Positions 1 through 11,908 of a DNA stretch of 64,000 bases are shown here, in pieces. Numbering within the stretch: the stretch's first letter is position 1; each line of letters begins with the position of its first letter. The notes beneath the pieces were generated by a model. It did no database searches, was not told the origin of the DNA, and saw nothing but the letters and a program-made list of their open reading frames with translations. The stretch spans positions 26,249,233 through 26,313,232 of the forward strand of contig OZ316892.1 in NCBI GenBank assembly GCA_973895155.1. The letters run 5' to 3'. The position numbers were made by a program, and so were the translations under genes. This DNA is from Marsupella aquatica. Taxonomy: Eukaryota > Plantae > Marchantiophyta.

Positions 1-1567
1 GATCTTACTCGAAAAAGAGACGAGGCGGACAGGTTACAGCTGAAAGAAGCACACAAACTTGGTAATCGCCTGTGGTATATGACCGATGCTCATTGGCTTG
101 CTCAAGTGCCTTAATGTTGAATTGTTATAGGACGGAGGCTTTGCATGGTGTCTGACGTCTGACTTTTACGTGATGCCATTTATTCCAGAGTGCGATGCAC
201 TGAAATCGGAAATTCAGGGGCTTCGAGCGCAAGCAGAAGGTCATGCAAAGGCGGTACCTTTGGACCAGTCCTATATTCAAGGAGAAGGAGTCGATAATGG
301 ATCTTACTGAGAAACCTGGTGGATGCACGTTTTTGAGGACAGTGGCAGTTTGAAATGAGGCCATGATCAGCGAAACGAGGATCAGGGGAACTCCCAGTGG
401 TCGTGATCGAAATTATTTTGTAGCTGACTCGCGAATTTTGAACCTACTTCAGCCGTGGTGAATCCAATTCAGTCCTCCAATCTACTGGAAGGCTTGTACA
501 TGAAATTTGGATAGATGCAGGTAGAGAGGTTGCAGCGAAAGGTCCATCCACGAAAAACTGCATGTCTTACCATTGTCAATCTCTCCTAGGTATTACGGTG
601 CGGTACTACTGAACAGGAATTAGGGTAAACCGATATAGCACAGCCATATGAAGCGAAAATCATGGATATACTTTGGGAACATAAAGGTCTACAGGAAGAA
701 CGATGAGAAAGTATGAGAGAAAGGATACGAGCTAATCTATTTGTTTTCCCAATTGTTAAACTTTCTTCAGTCCTTTCATGGATGCATCTAAAGGAGCTTT
801 GAGCTTTCATCCGCGGAACTTGCTTCCACCACATTTTGTTAAAATAGCCTAGACAATTGTTAGTTTGGAAATTGCTTCACTTTCAACAGATTTGTGTTAC
901 ATTGCCTTCTTTGAATGTCCACTAGATTCACTCACAATGCTCTATTTGGAAATGTCTAGGTTGGCCGTAGAATATAGAGACCACTTCCCTAGCTTCAGTC
1001 AATCGATACGATTACAATCCGAACATCGTTATTTGCCTCCGACGCACACTGGGCACGAAAATATCTCAGTGCAAATGTTGAGCGGCCTTTCATGAAGAAG
1101 CTTGGATTGAGTGCTTCCCTACATATGTCATCGAATAGTGAGTGACTCAGCATGAGTTTCTTGGTATGACCATTCGAAGCTCTTTCTATGTGCTGGAGTG
1201 AGTTTCTGTATCTAGTTTTCTCTCAAGGCGAGCATGAACACAACACTCCCTATCTTGTAGGTTGAACGTCCTTTGAGTTATGCCGTCTTCGCAGAAAATA
1301 GCACTATCGTGCTCTATGAATTTTGAGTTAACTTCAAATTAATGTTGTCTTTCTTCAAAGCTGCCTCCGCATTTCAAATAAAGTACTCGCAACTATGTAT
1401 GCATACAAGAGTCCGTGATACATAGCACCATGGTTTTCTCAGTTCGAAGATTACACAAACACATAACATCGTGGTGCAACTCGAACATCACATCTCGAAT
1501 ATCATGTCGAGCAATAATTGTTATGACTGAATAATGGCGGGTTAAGGCTAGCCGGTAGCTGGGCCAC

Positions 1568-1900
1568 TAGTGACTTGCCATATTGCCACATTGTAACAAA
1601 AGTTTAATAGAAACCCAGTGACTTGCCATATTGCCACATTGCGGGGGGAGGGGGCGCCTAACTTGTAACAAAAGTTTAATAGAAACCTGTGAGACAAGGG
1701 TCCTATCAAGCATATATCGCTTGTTCTTGTTGTCATAGACAAACCCTGTTATTATAGACAAACCCAATATCAAGACTAATCCATGTTCTAATTCTGCGAG
1801 ATGGACTCATTAATGAGATCATGTTGTTGTCGACAAAACCAATATCAAGACTAATCCATGTTATGATTCTGCGAGATGGACTAATTAATGAGATCATGGC
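1568..1900. repeat. Two short local direct duplications (~50-60 bp each)
   Basis: AGTGACTTGCCATATTGCCACATTG and TTGTAACAAAAGTTTAATAGAAACC each occur twice within 1568-1690. CCAATATCAAGACTAATCCATGTT...GCGAGATGGACT...TTAATGAGATCATG occurs at ~1764 and ~1839. Confidence 0.8.
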
Positions 1901-3207
1901 ACAGCCGCATAGCTGCCCAGCCGCCCTGTGTCACGATATTATATAAATACTAGACACGACACAAAACACAACATTAAAGAGGTCCGGTATTGGTCTTCAC
2001 GACTTCACCTGAAATATATTATTCCCTTCGCATGACGCCCCATTATAAAACGTTTTGTAGATTAGCAACATTAATGTGCATCGAGATTGGGTTCATCATT
2101 CTGTACTTTTGTAGATTTTAGCATTAATGTGCATCGAGATTGAGTCTCTACTTAATTAGAAACAAGCAGTCCTTGATGAGCCTTGATTAGTGTCTCACGC
2201 AATAATTGTCTTTCACTCGGTCCCATTTATGAGCCGCGAGCAAATTCAAGAACTCCCCATCATAACTCGGAAAGTTTGACGTGGGAATGATTCCCTCCTG
2301 GGCCCTGGCCTCCTTTTTCCATGAGAGAGTGATGGCAAGTACGGTGCAGGGTACACACATGCAAGACGGCTGCTGAAAAATCCGTTGAATCGAGGGAAGG
2401 ACTACCAATCGAAGGGAATGAAGGATTGGAGCTCCCACATGGGTGTGGCGAAGCCATTTTACTCTACAATTAATGTAGTCACGAAGGAGAATCGCCTTCG
2501 GGCCTTCTGCTTCTGCTTCCCGCCCAAGCAAGCAGCTCTTGTGACAGCTTTTGGGGTCCCAACCAGTACAGTACAGTATCAGGCGCGCTAATCTATACAA
2601 TGGGTTCCAGGTGGAATCTGATCTGCTTTTCAATGCAGTGATTGAAGTGCATGGTGATCAGTTACCTGACGCAATTCATGGTCAGTTGAAGATTTGTGCG
2701 TGTGTTTTGTTGCACAGATATTGTCGGACTGTCACGAAGCTCAGAGTCGAATGGTGATGGACTCGACATCATTCTTGATTCGATTCAAGGTCAGCTTAAG
2801 ATTCCGTGCATTTGTATTCTAGAACAAGAACAGTAGCACTGTAGATGCTAAGCCGAAGTCGCTTGGAAATACCGTAAACCTGTCGATAGTCGGATTATGA
2901 TCGGCTTCATCGGTCAGTTTGAGAGTGCTGCAAAACTTGTAGATAGTAAATTATGATCGAGTCATCTAATCGGATTCATGGATAGAGTGCGTTTGTGTTG
3001 TTGAACGATTCTAGGACTAGCTGAAGCTCCTAATGAAAGTGAACTTCTATACAAATGATCAATGTTGCTCGACATGAAGCAGGCTGAAAATTATCACTGA
3101 ACATCAATTAGAGAGGACGCAGGCGAAGGGAAGGGAAGGAAGGCCAGGGAGCAACGTGAGTAGCGAACAGCGTCTGTCTGTCCTCTCAGGCAGCAGATTC
3201 TCTCTCC

Positions 3208-3909
3208 ATGGATCCAAAGTCGCAAGGGGTGAAGTCTTGCCAGGCTCTCCTCCGTTTAGTGGATGGTGATCCTCGAGTCAGTGATTGGGAGACGATCGAA
3301 AAGTGGAAGATGCGTGGAACTCAGTTGAAGTCATCTTCAAATCGCATAGGGAAGATAGACGAGGAGATTGAAGTGTTGGTGAACGCGAAGGCAATAGCCC
3401 TCGAATCAAGGGAGACCTTACAGACTGAAATCACGCGGAAAGAGGCTGAGAGGAATAAGCTGGAATTGTCATTGTTCAAAGCTCTTGCTTTCAAGAAAAT
3501 GAAGGGGATACAAATTTTGCAGCAGGATAAACAAAAACTAATCCTCCAACTCGAAGAACAGACAACGAAGATAGATATTGTGCAAAGTCAATTAGCGGAT
3601 GACAGACGGCGAGCAGAGGAGCTTAAGGTCACTGTGAACTCATTAGGAACACAGCTGGCGGAGAAGGACACATTAAACGACGCTCTGAAGAGGAATTTGG
3701 TAACATTGGCTACACATTTAGGGAAGATGGAATTGGAGAAAAGACGTGAATCACAGGAGGCTTTGATATCGACCGTATATTCATTAGAAAGGCAGCTGAC
3801 AGAGACGGCCAAAGCGAATGATGTTCTCAAAAAACGTGTGCTCTCATTGAAATCGGAGATAAAATGTAAATCACAGGAGAAGGATGTGCAGATCACGGAC
3901 CTTGGTTAG
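3208..3909 (+). CDS. Intronless 233-aa ORF, predicted coiled-coil protein of unknown function
   Basis: ATG-started ORF rich in E/K/Q/L with heptad-like spacing and an internal near-repeat (VNSLGTQLAEKDTLNDALKRNL vs VYSLERQLTETAKANDVLKKRV). No recognisable domain. Confidence 0.4.
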   Translation: MDPKSQGVKSCQALLRLVDGDPRVSDWETIEKWKMRGTQLKSSSNRIGKIDEEIEVLVNAKAIALESRETLQTEITRKEAERNKLELSLFKALAFKKMKGIQILQQDKQKLILQLEEQTTKIDIVQSQLADDRRRAEELKVTVNSLGTQLAEKDTLNDALKRNLVTLATHLGKMELEKRRESQEALISTVYSLERQLTETAKANDVLKKRVLSLKSEIKCKSQEKDVQITDLG

Positions 3910-4902
3910 AGCTATACGAAGCGTATAATCTTGGTAATTCCCTCTCATCCATACTCACTGGTGATTATCCGCACGCGCGCTCAAGTGCCTCATTTGCATT
4001 GTATTGCTGTGGCTGGGAGACTCTGCTTATATGGTAACTGACGTCTGCCTACACTTGATGTCTCTTATTCCAGACCGCGATGCGTTTCTGTTGGGGCCAC
4101 GAACAAATTAGATGATTAACCATGTTCGCCTTAGGAAGCGAAAACATCCGCCGACGAAAAATATGACGTGGAAGGGCCCAAACCTTGTTCTGATACGGAC
4201 TCGGAGGATAGCTCAATAATTTGAACGCTAAATGGGTACTTATACTAATGGCGATCATGACTGTCCCAAAGAGCACGGTACTATTTAATTAACAGTTTAT
4301 GTTTGTGATCGATTGTTGTAGATCAATAGATCGAGATCGAGCCGAATGCTCTGCGGGCAGCGTAACAGGGAGACATCCTGTGAGCAAAAGCAAGGTGCAG
4401 TTTATTACAGAAAAAGGGTAACATTCGAAAAGGAAGTGAAATTGCCTGGTGACCCAGAGGCCGAGGTGGCCACCAGGCAATTCGGAACATTCTGGAACTA
4501 TGTCAGCCGTAGTGGAACAAAATCAGCCCTCTAATGAACTGGCCAAGGAGGTATTGCGTTTGATTCTGGGCTGAACTCACGGCTCTTACTTATGTACATG
4601 GAATTTTTAAATCGGTGACGTACGGGAGACGGGCAGCAGCGCGAAGTACATGAACAAAACCGCATCTCTGATACAGACGGAGTCAGTTCTAGTTTACTAC
4701 AACTACATGGACTACAATTGTTCAGATCATTCATTCAGATCAAAACTGCCTTCGACTTCGTAATTGAAACTAGAATTATTCTTAGTTTGGAACATGGATC
4801 ATTGGATAATTACCGCCTCCTGATGTCCACTCCTTTCAACTAGGATTTTGGACGCAACAAGTTTCTCAGTCTGTACTGTAAATGAGTGCACCAGTTTAAC
4901 AG

Positions 4903-5200
4903 CTCTTCTTCCAGACACAACCTCAGGAAATTGAGCTTTGAATGTAGGTTTCTTTTTAGGTCATGCGAGTCTTTGAAATCTCTTCTTCCAGACACCACCT
5001 CGGGAAATTAAGTATTGAATATGTTGGCTTTTGTTGGGACCTTGAGTGATGCGAGTCTTTGAAATGTCTTCTTCCAGACACAACCTCAGGAAGTCGACCA
5101 TTGAATATGCCGTTGCTTTCCTAAGGACCTTGAGTAACACGAGTCTTTGAAATCTCTTCTTCCAGACCCAACCTCAGGAAATTAAGCATTGAATGTGCTG
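4903..5200. repeat. Degenerate tandem repeat, ~4 copies of ~80-90 bp
   Basis: Recurrent CTCTTCTTCCAGACACAACCTCAGGAAATT...TTGAAT...GAGTCTTTGAAAT at ~4903, 4980, 5067 and 5153. Confidence 0.8.
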
Positions 5201-5268
5201 TAAGTTGCTTCCTGGGGACCGTCAGGGGGGCTTTCCAGATCTTTCATATCAACAGGCGCACAGGAGAG

Positions 5269-5673
5269 CATTAGAAAAGAGGAAGTCCTTCTGGTGAATA
5301 CTAGGATTATATATGAGTAAAGGACTCAACTGGTCAATGTTGCATGAACTAATTATGAAAGTTTCCATAAGCCCGAAGCTTCCGGACAAGGGTATGGGGC
5401 CTGCCGAGCTTCCAAACTCTGGCAACCCGTGTAATAGGATTCCTAGAGAGTAAAAAATCCATTCCAGATTACGCTCAGCAGTCTTCAAGCTCAATTGTTT
5501 TCACATATTACACGGGTTGCCAGAGTTTGGAAGCTCGGCAGGCCCCATACCCTTGTCCGGAAGCTTCGGGCTTATGGAAACTTTCATAATTAGTTCATGC
5601 AACATTGACGAGTTGAGTCCTTTACTCGTATATAATCCTAGTATTCACCAGAAGGACTTCCTCTTTTCTAATG
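5269..5673. repeat. Near-perfect long inverted repeat (168-bp arms, 69-bp loop)
   Basis: 5269-5436 is the reverse complement of 5506-5673, with about 2 mismatches seen by eye. The ORF track shows the same peptide (PEFGSSAGPIPLSGSFGLMETF) on both strands. Confidence 0.92.
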
Positions 5674-7989
5674 TCCTTCTCCTCCTGAATACTCCAGTAG
5701 GATTGTATGTGAGTAAAGGACTGAATTCATTGATTCCTCGTAAGAAAACTAAAGTAGGGACACTAGAAAGGCTTGCAAATCCTGATAATTAAAGGACTCA
5801 ATTCATTGATCCCTTGGAAAAAGACGAAAGTAGGAACACTAGAAAGACTTGCAAATCCTCATCATTAAGACAACAAAATCTAAATATTCTGCCTTACCAC
5901 GGGAGAATTATATATATCCAAGCTTTAGTTGTGGTCCATCCGTGATTTAACTTTGGTTGAAGTTTGGTAACACCCTGTCACATTGGGTGTTCTGACTTAG
6001 AAATGTAAGCCAGAACACTCTCTTGACAGGATGTTATTGTACTCTTACACCTTATGCCTTGTAAGTGAAAAATCAGTGACAGGTTAGCAGTTTCCTCAAG
6101 TTTACTAGGCTACTGTTGGTCTTGGTGGGCTGGATGGGCCCTATTCCAACTCAATTTGAGAGTAACCAGCTCATGATTTGTTAGGTCACTCAATCCTAGT
6201 TTATATCTTTGAAACTTAATTACAGTCATCCTATTTGCCAACTGACCTGTTATTGTCAAGGTTCTTAGTTATATCCAAGTTCCCAGACCAGAGCCCTGTT
6301 TTAGCCACTGGCGGAACATTATCCAAGACACCATAGAAACTTGTAGGAGCCTTTTGTGGCTGCTGTTGGTATCTGGCACACATTAATCTTATCAGTTTAC
6401 TTGTCCACCTTGGACAATAATTAAGTGATAACAACAACTGACAATTAACTTAATTAATAACTGATAAGATTAATGTGTTGCCTTTGGACAAGAATTAAAT
6501 TGACCTATCAGTAAACTTGCTTAACCAGGAATGATTGGTGACTCATTCTTGACCAAGACGGCCCACCACATCACAAAGGCCGCATTAAACAAAGATGTAC
6601 ATGGAGATTTGTTTGGCAACCCAATCGATGTCAAAAACATTTTCAAAACCAGCACCAGTGGATATGAAGTCATGAGTTTCCGGATAGGTCTATTTATTGT
6701 CCAAGGAGTTACAATATACTTCGATTCACCTATATAGATATAACCAACTGCTACTATGAGTTTTTACAGGATCCTCATGGTTCACAAGATGACTGTAAAC
6801 TATACAAGTTAGTACTCCACATGATTTGCTGAACATAGAAGGTGCAATTTGCTTCTGTGCAATCTCAAGGAAGCGCTAAAATACCCTGAATCCTACATGG
6901 ATTGGAAGCGGGCCCCAAAATCTTATGTGCTAGCCAGGGAGTGCTTTGGCCAAAGTTTGGCCCACCTCTTTAAGGTAATATTTCAAAATAACTTGACCGT
7001 CTTTTCTCATTCTGACAATACAACCTTAAACTTCATTTTGAGGTCATCCTTCACTCAGGGGTTTTTCACAAAAATGACACATCATGTGCGATGAATGATA
7101 GTGTCATATTATTGGTTCAAAGAGAAGACTTGAGAATTTTCTTAGATGAACAATAGGGTCACTCTTTTAAATCCAATTTTGAAACTTATAAGAACATTAG
7201 GGTCATTCCAACCAAATTTGGAGAATATTCTAATTTTATAGGGGTTAAAAAACAATCATATATTTTAGGGGGATTGATACCTAAAACCATCCCAGGTTAT
7301 GGGGAGGCCACCATATAGCGAGACCCCCAGGTCCTTCAGCCCTCTGCTCTGTCTCGGATTAATTCCCCTTCTTCTGATCATACCCCTTTTTCTGCCTTGT
7401 GATCCATGGGCTTTTTGTGTATCCCCTTAAACTCCTCGGAGGTACCATATCACGTGCAATGGATGATGAATACCCTCAAACATACGAAAAAATAATTTTT
7501 GAAGTATTTTTACATATTTTTGGATGGTGCCTGAGTAGGCTCTTTGGTCAGGAGAGTGTCCAAATGGCCTGGTTGATCAAATGGTAGAACACAAATGACC
7601 AGTAGGTAGCATGTATGGGTGGTCCTTTCCTTAAAATTAGCCGAGAATGGGTTTCAAGTCATTTACCTTCATAAAAGTTGCCAAAGTCATTTTGGGTGAC
7701 TCTTGAATGTTGTCTTTCATACCAATTTTCACCCTAGTCACTTTTCATGACTTTCAGTCATTTTAATTCACTACTTAAGTCCTTTGATACAACTCACAAA
7801 GTCATTTCAACAACTTTAACTAATGAGTTAATTATAACTAATTTTCTCATTTGTTTTAACTCGTGAAGGCGGTCTCTATGACTCGGATAGTCATTAATTG
7901 CAACTAATTGGGTCATTTGTAACTCTGGAAGTCATTTGCTATGGTTGGATAGTTGCTCATTTGACTTGAGCAGTCATTCCACAGCCTAA

Positions 7990-10980
7990 GTCAATCTTTA
8001 TGATATCAAGACTGAGTCATAGAAATGACTTAGTCTTTGGTTGAGTCACCAAACCTCTGACTTGGTGTCTTAAGAATGACTCAAGAGATGAGATAGTCAT
8101 AAACTAGTCATAATTGTTGTCAATTTGGGGGTGATTTCGCGACATGCTTTTCTAGGGACATTAGTTTGCTTGGAACCCCAACTCAGAGTTCTCTTGGTAG
8201 TTTGGTAGTTGAAATCGCGCCCAAGGTGTTCACACATCTGCCCATAACACTATACCAAACAAGTGCACTCCAAAGTACAAACAAGTTCAGGGAGAGGGGG
8301 CTTAAAATAACCAGAGTTTTATGAACATGACCCCCAATTCAAACTACCTGAATTTAAGAAGGTGTCCCCCAAACAATTTCATTTGCTAACCTGGCTCCCA
8401 TTTTGTATACAGGATAGTAGTGACTCAATAATAAAAAAGGCCTTGAGTCCTACAATCATGCAACTTTGCAAGAGTGGTCCAGTTTTGCAATTGTTATGAT
8501 TGTAGTTTCTGTTCTATACTTCTTTGTTGCCCTTAGTCATGCACTAGGGGCACTGCCTCTTGTGGCTGCCCTGATTCATTCAATGTTTTCCCGGAATATC
8601 TTATTCTTCACCAGTACTCGTAAAAATAATTAGGCTTGTAATTAGGCAAACAGGATACTTTGGAAAATCCAAGAGCTTGCCAGGGCAACTTGATAACCTG
8701 CTTCATTATTTTCCCTTTCAGCTGTCACTAAGCCCATGGGTAGTTGTTCGTTCTAAGTTGAGAAGTCATCCCACATTGAAGCTAGTCTCTAAGAAATGAC
8801 TCTTAGGTCGAGTCAGGAAACTTGTGACATGGTGTCATGAAAATGACTCCACAGCCCACACTATCATCAACAAGTCATCAGCTAGTCATGGTTGCTATGA
8901 TTTTTTATGTTTACTAGCCAGATACTTTTCCAGGGACATTGCCCTTGTCAATCTCGAAAGGGCTTTAAGGTGCTTGGAGTCCAACTCTGAGTTTTCTTAT
9001 TTTTGGAATGTTGGTAGTGGAAACATGCCCTTCACGAATCTACCCAGAACATTACCTCAAGCAAGTGCACTCCAAAGTAAAAGCAAAAAAAATTAGGTGG
9101 ACTGTAAATAATCAGGCAAACATAATAATACTTTTGGAAATCCAAGAGCTTGAGGGCAAAACCTGGCCATTTTGTAAAATTCCCTCTTACCTGTCACCAA
9201 GCCCAGTTGTTCATTTGACCTGAGAGCTCAAGTCACAACTTTTGATGAGGGCAGCCAGGCTCCCCGGAAAAGCACCTTACTAGTAGAAATCACCCCCCAA
9301 AATAGCAGGAATTATGACTAGCTTATAACTACTGTAGTCTATGACTACATAATCTGTAAAGTTAATATGCTTTACGTTATTTCTTTGACTTTGACAAATG
9401 GCTCTGGCCTAAATTATAGAGGCCCGTATAGAGGGATTGAAGGATTGAAGCCCAACTCCCGGCCCAACTCAGACTTTTCTTATTTTTGGAATATTTGGTA
9501 GTTGGAAACATGCCCAAGACCATCAGACATCTACCCAAAACATTACCCTCCACAAAAGTGCACTCCAAAGTACATGCAAAAAATCAGGGGAGGGCCTTAC
9601 ATGATTAGGCTGCAAGCAGGATATTTTTGTAAATCCAAGAGCTTGTAGGGGCTATTTGGTATTGGTCACCTTCACCGGACACAAAGCCCATGGGTAATCA
9701 TTCATTTTGACCTGAGAATTCATTCCATAGCTTTAGACAAGGGTAAAGTCCCAAGAAAAGCACCTTGCAAGTATAATCACCCCAAAATTAACAACAAGTA
9801 CAACTAGCTTATGACTATTTTGTCTAGAAAGTAATTCTTATGACACCAAGACACAAGTTGTTATGACTCAACCAAAGAGTCATTTTTATGACTCTGAGAG
9901 ACCACTTCTAAGGATATCGAGGGATTTAATGTGCTTGGAGCCAGACTCAAAGTTGCCTTATTTTTGGAATGTTTGGTAGTTGCAAACATGCCCAAGGTGT
10001 TCACACACTACCCAGAGCAATACCAAACAAGTGCACTTGGTACAAGGAAAATCAGCTGAGGGCCTAAAATAAATGGGCAAACAGTATACCTTTGGAAATC
10101 CAAGAGCTGTAGGGGCAATTTGGTAATGTTCATTTTTAGCTGTCAGGAAACCCACAGCTAATCACTCATTTTGACTTGAGAATTTATTCAACAACTGCAG
10201 ACAAGGGCAATGTCCCAGGAGAAGCACCTTGTGAGTAGAAATCACCCCAATAAATAACAACAATTACAACTAGCATATGACAATTTTGTCTGTAAAGTCA
10301 TTCTTATGACACCAAGTCACAAGTTTTTGTGACTCAACCCAAGAGTCATTTTTATGACTATGAGAAACCACTTTAAGAATATCAAGGGATCCACGGTGCT
10401 GGCTCAACCCAAGAGTCATTTTTAAGACTCTGAGAAACCACTTTAAGGATATCAAGGGATCCAAGGTGCTGGCTCAACCCAAGAGTCATTTTTAAGACTC
10501 TCAGAAACCACTTTAAGGATATCAAGGGATCCAAGGTGCTGGCTCAACCCAAGAGTCATTTTTAAGACTCTCAGAAACCACTTTAAGGATATCAAGGGAT
10601 CTAAGGTGCTGGCTCAACCCAAGAGTCATTTTTAAGACTATGAGAAACCACTTTAAGGATATCAAGGGATCTAAGGTGCTGACTCAAGCCAAGAGTCATT
10701 TTTAAGACTCTGAGAAACCACTTTAAGGATATCAAGGGATCCAAGGTGCTGACTCAACCCAAGAGTCATTTTTATGACTCTGAGAAGCCACTTTAAGGAT
10801 ATCAAGGGATCTAATGTGCTTGGAGCCAGACTCAAAGTTCTCGTTGGAATTGGAATGGCGGTAGTTGCAAACATGCCCAAGGTGTTCACACATTGACCCA
10901 CAACAATACCCCAAACAAGCGCACTCCAAAGAAGAAGCAAAAGAAATGAGCGGAGGGCCCTAAAGAATTTGGCAAACATT
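7990..10980. repeat. Long degenerate repeat array (units of several hundred bp)
   Basis: The motif TTGGTAGTTG(G/C)AAACATGCCCAAGGTGTTCACACA...CAAGTGCACTCCAAAGTA recurs at ~8200, 9010, 9495, 9972 and 10860, mostly followed by CTTTGGAAATCCAAGAGCTTG-like sequence. Confidence 0.7.
10336..10815. repeat. 60-bp minisatellite, ~8 copies
   Basis: Unit CAACCCAAGAGTCATTTTTAAGACTCTGAGAAACCACTTTAAGGATATCAAGGGATCCAAGGTGCTGGCT repeats at an exact period, visible as near-identical aligned lines at 10381-10800. Confidence 0.95.
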
Positions 10981-11908
10981 GACACCTTAATCCAGAAAAG
11001 CTTGTGGGGGCACTTTGGTCCTCTGGTAACTTATCGTTTTCACCGTTTCTCTCTGTTCGAGCTCTCGACTACTTTCAAATTGTTTTACTGTGAGCGCTCG
11101 ATTTTGGCGCGAGTACCGTCTTGCGCGCGTTTCGAAAGCTTGAAGGACGACATTCATTCATTCCTCTCTCCGTCCGACACCAATTCCGTCACAATGCAAT
11201 TCCCATCGGAGCTCCTGATTCACCGATGCAAGGATCCGGATACGCTGCGCATATCTTGAATGGCCGCCGAGAAGCTTAATTAATGAAGCGCAGACAGAGC
11301 CGCTCTAGAGAGCCTGATCGGAAGAAGGTGAGCGAATTCTTCCTTCTGCATCAAATTCCATGATTTGGGAGCGGATTCGATTTCGGTACACTGATCTTGA
11401 ATGGCCGCGAAGCATGAGGCAGCCAGAGGCTTCCAGACAGAGCCATCGAGCTAGAGGCGGTTCAGGCGAAGGGTGAATGAGAAGGTTGAGGAGGCCGAGA
11501 GAGCTGATGAGGTAGAGGCGGATCGGGAGTCTTAGGGTGGGATGAGAAGCTAAAGGAACCACAGAACAGGTAGATCGGAAGGTGGACGGATCGTTCTTTC
11601 TTTCTAGAGGAGTGTTCCGCTCTTCATTGTGTCGAGGTTCCAGCTGTGACTACTGGTGATGGATTCAAACCAGTCATTCGAGTGACACAAGCGCCTGCCA
11701 TGGGGTTTATTTAGTCTGCGGTTCATGGACGAACGTCAGTCGGAGAAGCACCTACACTGACTCTGTATATCGAGATTTTGAGTGGGTTTAGGTTTGGCGA
11801 TCACAAATGTCCTCCCTGCTCCTCGAGAGTCCGACTCCATTCGTCAGAATGGTCCCTCGAAGAATTGTCATCTTTCTCCTCTTGAACTGTCCACTGTGAA
11901 CCAGCGGA

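Noticed and set aside
10270-10985. ORFs over the 60-bp repeat (and similar ORFs over the 49-50 kb repeats)
   Set aside because: Products of repeat periodicity, with no coding signature.
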